Assembly (NCBI GenBank): GCA_002700845.1 | Contig: PAFA01000062.1 | Span: forward strand, 1-63,575 | DNA: 63,575 bases | Direction of reading: 5' to 3' | Source: Phycisphaerae bacterium | Lineage (GTDB): Bacteria; Planctomycetota; Phycisphaerae; Phycisphaerales; SM1A02 | Part shown: one piece after another, positions 59,558 to 63,575 of the stretch | Position numbering within the stretch: position 1 is the first letter of the stretch | Layout: every line of letters begins with the position of its first letter | The notes under the pieces: model-generated | Databases searched by the model: none | The model's input: the letters and a program-made list of their open reading frames with translations, nothing else | Told to the model about the DNA's origin: nothing | Translations under genes and position numbers: made by a program

Positions 59558-61051
59558 TCAAGAGCGCAGGGTTGCGATGAGCTTTTCTCGGACCGCGGAG
59601 GCGTCAGCTTGCCCGCCCGATTGTTTCATCACTTCACCCATAAGGCGACCGACCGCAGCGTCTTTACCAGAGGCGAAATCTTCAGCAGCCTTGGGGTGGG
59701 CTTCAATGGCTGCCGCCACCCAGGTATCCATAGCACCTTCATCACGGACTTGGAGCAAGCCCTCACGCTCCGCAACAACGGACGGTTGAGTGTCTTCTTT
59801 GCAGAGCAGGCCAAATATTGTCTCAACGGCATTTGATCCGATTTCACCCGTTGCTCGAAGCTCAACAAGCGATGCGACTTGCCCCGCCGAAACGCCAAGT
59901 TCAGGCACCGAGGTGCTTTGCTCGTTGGCCATTTTTGCCGCAGTATTCAGAAGCAATTTAGCGGTGGCGTGCGCGGCTTCTGATGACACGCCATTGATGG
60001 CGTCCTCAAAGAAGAAGCAAAAGTTTGGATCGGCCACCAATGCTTTGGCATCTTTCTCGGGCAAACCGTAGACCCCGGTGTATCTGTGGCGGCGGGCTTG
60101 GGGGAGCTCTGGCAGACGGGATCGGACTCGGTCCCGCCATGCATCATCAACCCGAAGAGGGACCAAATCAGGTTCAGGGAAGTACCGGTAATCGTGAGCA
60201 TCTTCCTTGGACCGCTGCATGATGGTGCACATTTTTTCGGGATCCCAGCCGTATGTGGCTTTCCGTCCCGGCCCCATTTCAATGCCGTCCTTCTTCCATT
60301 GTTCCACTTGGCGTTTGGCTTCGTATTCAACCGCGCCTTTAATGGCTCGAAAGGAGTTCAAGTTTTTCACTTCAGCGATGGGCGTGGCGACTTCTCGTCC
60401 ATCATCGAGGGTTATGACCACATTGATGTTGGGTTCAAACCGCATGTGACCTTTTTGCATGACTCCACCGGTGACACCAAGGAACACGCACAGGGCGTGC
60501 AGTTCTCGAGCAAAGGCCACTGCTTCTTCCGCGTTCTGCAGATCCGGCTCCGAAACGATTTCGAGCAGCGGGGTTCCGGCCCGGTTGAGGTCGAGCAGTG
60601 ACCCATCGGCTTTGCCGCCGCCGGGGAGTTCGTGTCCAAGTTTGCCGGTGTCTTCTTCCAGATGCGCGCGACAGATTCGAATGGTTCGCTTTCCGGCTTC
60701 AGTTTCAATGTCGATGCTTCCTCCCACACAAAGTGGCAGGTCATACTGGCTGATTTGGTACCCCTTGGGCAGATCTGGGTAGAAGTAATTTTTTCGATCC
60801 CATTTGCAAAAATCAGGGATGTCAGATCCCAAAGCAATGCCGACCATCATGGACATCTCCACGGCTTCCCGATTGAGGACCGGCAATGTGCCAGGTAAAG
60901 CCATGGTGACGGGATCGACCAATGTATTGGGTGGAGCATCCCATTGGTCTGGATGAGCAAGGCACGGAGCCGCAGTGAAGTTTTTGCTTTGGGTGGACAA
61001 TTCAAGGTGAATTTCCATACCCACCAAGGTTCGGGTCGAGACGATCTGCAT
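59558..61051 (-). CDS. gatB: Asp/Glu-tRNA amidotransferase subunit B
   Basis: GMEIH, RKNYFYPDLPKGYQISQ, HLEED, DLNRAGTPLLEIVSEP, EVKNLNSF, DYRYFPEPDL. Confidence 0.97.
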   Translation of the reverse strand: MQIVSTRTLVGMEIHLELSTQSKNFTAAPCLAHPDQWDAPPNTLVDPVTMALPGTLPVLNREAVEMSMMVGIALGSDIPDFCKWDRKNYFYPDLPKGYQISQYDLPLCVGGSIDIETEAGKRTIRICRAHLEEDTGKLGHELPGGGKADGSLLDLNRAGTPLLEIVSEPDLQNAEEAVAFARELHALCVFLGVTGGVMQKGHMRFEPNINVVITLDDGREVATPIAEVKNLNSFRAIKGAVEYEAKRQVEQWKKDGIEMGPGRKATYGWDPEKMCTIMQRSKEDAHDYRYFPEPDLVPLRVDDAWRDRVRSRLPELPQARRHRYTGVYGLPEKDAKALVADPNFCFFFEDAINGVSSEAAHATAKLLLNTAAKMANEQSTSVPELGVSAGQVASLVELRATGEIGSNAVETIFGLLCKEDTQPSVVAEREGLLQVRDEGAMDTWVAAAIEAHPKAAEDFASGKDAAVGRLMGEVMKQSGGQADASAVREKLIATLRS

Positions 61052-61088
61052 GGGGGATGCATGCTATCGGGACGCGTAGGATGCGCTC

Positions 61089-62216
61089 ATGCTTTTCTGG
61101 CTCTCCACAGTATTGGCGTTCATGATTGAGTGTCCTTTGGCCCCCAAATGGACGGATCAGCCGATTGGTCGACCGATTCCCATTGATGTAGGCCCCGGAC
61201 TGAGCGGTGCTCAGCTTCTTTTGCTGGATTCTGAAGGCGAGCGTCTCGCCGCCTGTGTTGTCCCTGGGACTTCATTCGACTTGGGGGAACTCATGCCTGA
61301 GGTCTGGGCTCTGGAAAGGGCCGCATGGCTTCAGGTCTTTGTGGAATCTGATCCGGTAGGGACGCCTTTGGTCGCGATTCCGCTGTTGTCTCGACAAGTG
61401 CCAATTATGAAAGAAGCGGTGACCCCCGAAGGTCGGTCGTATGCTCGAGTGGTTGGTTGGCGGGATGAACTTGATGTCCCCGTGGAGCCACCCGTGTTTC
61501 CAGACCGACCCGCACAAGATGCTGAAGCCTCAGTGCAGCGTGCTTGGGATGAACTGGTAGATCGGATGCAGTCCGAATACGAGCGACAACTTGAGGATGC
61601 GGCCGCGATCCGCGAGTTGCTTCCACTTCGGACTGGTTTGCGATTGATTCCTGATGATCTCGTTGTTGTCGAGACCGACTATGGCGACATGACTCTCCAG
61701 ATGCGTTGGGATGCGGCACCTCATACCGCAGAGAATTTTTCGCGGTTGGCCCGCAATGGGTATTACCGAGATGTCGTTTTTCATCGTGTGGTGCCTTACA
61801 CCGGCACTGGTGACCCTTTTGTTATTCAGGCGGGGGACCCTTCAGGGACCGGGAACGGCGGACCTGGGACGTGGCTTCCCATGGAACGCAGCACCCTGCC
61901 CCACAATTTTGGCGTGATTTCCATGGCACGAGACAACGATCCAGACAGTGCAGGAAGCCAGTTCTTTTTGTGTTTGTCTCGGGAAGGAACGTCACGGCTG
62001 GATGGCTCATACACCGCCTTCGGTGAGACGATCCTTGGTGCGGGGGCCATTCGTTCTATTGCCAGTGTGGAGTTGGCGAATCCAGAGACGGGGTCTCCGC
62101 TTCGTCCGCCGAGAATTCTTGGGATGCGTCTCGTTCCGGCTCCGCCCCGGATGATCCGGCAGGCGCCCGAAGCCGTTGATCCTGCCGCTTCTCCCCCCGA
62201 TCGATTCCCCCGCTGA
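61089..62216 (+). CDS. cyclophilin-type peptidyl-prolyl isomerase with N-terminal extension (probably exported)
   Basis: FHRVV, FVIQAGDP, GVISMAR, SAGSQFF, LDGSYTAFG; hydrophobic N-terminus. Confidence 0.88.
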   Translation: MLFWLSTVLAFMIECPLAPKWTDQPIGRPIPIDVGPGLSGAQLLLLDSEGERLAACVVPGTSFDLGELMPEVWALERAAWLQVFVESDPVGTPLVAIPLLSRQVPIMKEAVTPEGRSYARVVGWRDELDVPVEPPVFPDRPAQDAEASVQRAWDELVDRMQSEYERQLEDAAAIRELLPLRTGLRLIPDDLVVVETDYGDMTLQMRWDAAPHTAENFSRLARNGYYRDVVFHRVVPYTGTGDPFVIQAGDPSGTGNGGPGTWLPMERSTLPHNFGVISMARDNDPDSAGSQFFLCLSREGTSRLDGSYTAFGETILGAGAIRSIASVELANPETGSPLRPPRILGMRLVPAPPRMIRQAPEAVDPAASPPDRFPR

Positions 62217-62264
62217 AGGTGGAGTACAGTTCCCATCCTTCATTCGACCCCGAGGAGTATCCCA

Positions 62265-62762
62265 ATGACTTATCCCACTGCCAAAATTGAAACCAGCGCC
62301 GGCAACATCGAAGTTGAACTCTGGAATGATGTTGCTCCCAAACACTGCGACAACTTCATCAAGTTGGCGAAGGACGGTTTTTTTGATGGCTTGGCTTTTC
62401 ACCGAGTCATCAAAGACTTTGTGATCCAAGGTGGCTGCCCCAATACCCGCGAAGGTGAAAGCGGAATGCCAGGAACTGGTGGTCCGGGTTGGACTGTTGA
62501 CGCGGAATTCAACGAGAAGGAGCACCATGAAGGTGTCCTCTCTATGGCTCGAAGTCAAGATCCCAACAGTGCCGGCAGTCAGTTTTTTGTGTGTCTCGGT
62601 CGGCATCACTGCCAACATTTAGACCGTGAATACACCGCGTTTGGTTGTGTAACTTCTGGGATTGAAGCCGTGCGTGAGATTGGGACTTGCGATGTTGATC
62701 ATGGTGATGCACCGCTCGAACGGCAAAGCATCATCGGCGTGACCGTACTCTCGGAAGGTTAA
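62265..62762 (+). CDS. cyclophilin-type peptidyl-prolyl isomerase (cytoplasmic)
   Basis: FHRVIKDFVIQGG, GVLSMAR, SAGSQFF, HLDREYTAFG; GAGGAG RBS. Confidence 0.95.
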   Translation: MTYPTAKIETSAGNIEVELWNDVAPKHCDNFIKLAKDGFFDGLAFHRVIKDFVIQGGCPNTREGESGMPGTGGPGWTVDAEFNEKEHHEGVLSMARSQDPNSAGSQFFVCLGRHHCQHLDREYTAFGCVTSGIEAVREIGTCDVDHGDAPLERQSIIGVTVLSEG

Positions 62763-62785
62763 ACCCTTCAAAAGTGTCGGGTGGC

Positions 62786-63526
62786 TCAGCGGCGTGTTGG
62801 CATCACCCGGAATCGTTCCGGACGGAGCCAATCTGTTCCGCGATAGCGGTGGATGCGTCCGGTGATTCGTACGCTGACGCCTTCGCCTTGACCGATCACA
62901 GTCCGGGTCAACGCAGCTCGCATCCGACATGGAAGTATGGGGTGGACCACCCCGGCTTGTCCGGCGCCTTCAGGTACAAATCGTGGCAGCCCTTCCTTTG
63001 AGAGCACCAGTCGTCCTCGGCGATCGATTACTCGCGCGGTACGGCTCACATCGTCGGGCAATGCTTCGGTAGGAATGGTTCCTGCTCGCAACAGAGGCCC
63101 TGCCGCCGCCCTCAGGCGTGCCGCAATTTCGTCGGCTTGATTTTCATCGTCCGCTGGGATCGCGGGGTTGATTTCGTTGTCGGTTGGAAGTTCCACTTCC
63201 TCTGGGGCAGACCGAAGTGCATCTCTTGTCAGGAGGAGTACCGGTCGGCCTTGGTCCAAGAGCACTTCGGCGGCAATATTCCATTCCTGATCAGGTCGCT
63301 TTTGGTTGGCATCCTCCAAGCGTTCCAGGGCACTGCAGGGAGCCGATTGGAACCATTTGGGAAGGGTTGGACTTGGTGATGCGGGAACCAGTCGGGTGCC
63401 ATCGGTGTGCTGTTCCAGTCGAATGTTCAACGAGAGCACCCGAGCGCCTTCATTGAATCGCACTGGTCGTTCGGGGACCCCAGATTGTGGCGGGGCAAAC
63501 TGAAGCAATGCGGTCAGGAACAGCAC
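62786..63526 (-). CDS. hypothetical protein, probably secreted
   Basis: 246-aa ORF with a short hydrophobic N-terminus; C-terminal SVRITGRIHRYRG beta motif. Confidence 0.55.
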   Translation of the reverse strand: MLFLTALLQFAPPQSGVPERPVRFNEGARVLSLNIRLEQHTDGTRLVPASPSPTLPKWFQSAPCSALERLEDANQKRPDQEWNIAAEVLLDQGRPVLLLTRDALRSAPEEVELPTDNEINPAIPADDENQADEIAARLRAAAGPLLRAGTIPTEALPDDVSRTARVIDRRGRLVLSKEGLPRFVPEGAGQAGVVHPILPCRMRAALTRTVIGQGEGVSVRITGRIHRYRGTDWLRPERFRVMPTRR

Positions 63527-63575
63527 GTCGCAAAGTGTACGGGACCAACTGGAGTCGAAATGAAAACCGCCCCTG

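Noticed and set aside
56730-61051. sucD without sucC and gatB without gatA/gatC as signs of gene loss
   Set aside because: Split housekeeping operons are common in planctomycetes and the partners may lie outside the window; both genes look intact.

Overview
63.6 kb of core chromosome from a bacterium that looks like a planctomycete of the order Phycisphaerales. This is inferred from the groEL-groES-groEL-dnaJ-grpE order, Ala(-1) prepilin leaders and C-terminal dockerin-like tails ending in WG.C. No mobile element, CRISPR array, rRNA or tRNA was seen. The first 29 kb is one tightly packed + strand run: chaperones, RNase R, acetyl-CoA synthetase, a type II secretion (T2SS)-like cluster (F, G, H, I, J, K, L, M/C, D, lipoprotein), SUI1 and purE. 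The outstanding feature is a 3283-aa secretin with about 34 diverged tandem N-domain repeats counted by eye, where canonical GspD has N0 plus three. The cluster also has an apparent GspM-GspC(HR) fusion and a candidate pilotin, but no GspE ATPase or prepilin peptidase. Elsewhere are a barrel-less secretin-N-domain protein and three secreted proteins sharing a dockerin-like tail (SGNH-like, blue-copper, polyproline/beta-rich). The window also holds a probable 6S RNA, a 46-aa membrane protein missed by the ORF track, a membrane pyrophosphatase resembling the Na+,H+ type, several structured intergenic RNAs, and scattered housekeeping genes (pdxH, rpsU, rsfS, trmB, rpsA, pyrE, holA, sucD, gatB, two cyclophilins). 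All calls come from motif recognition by eye; no database searches were run.
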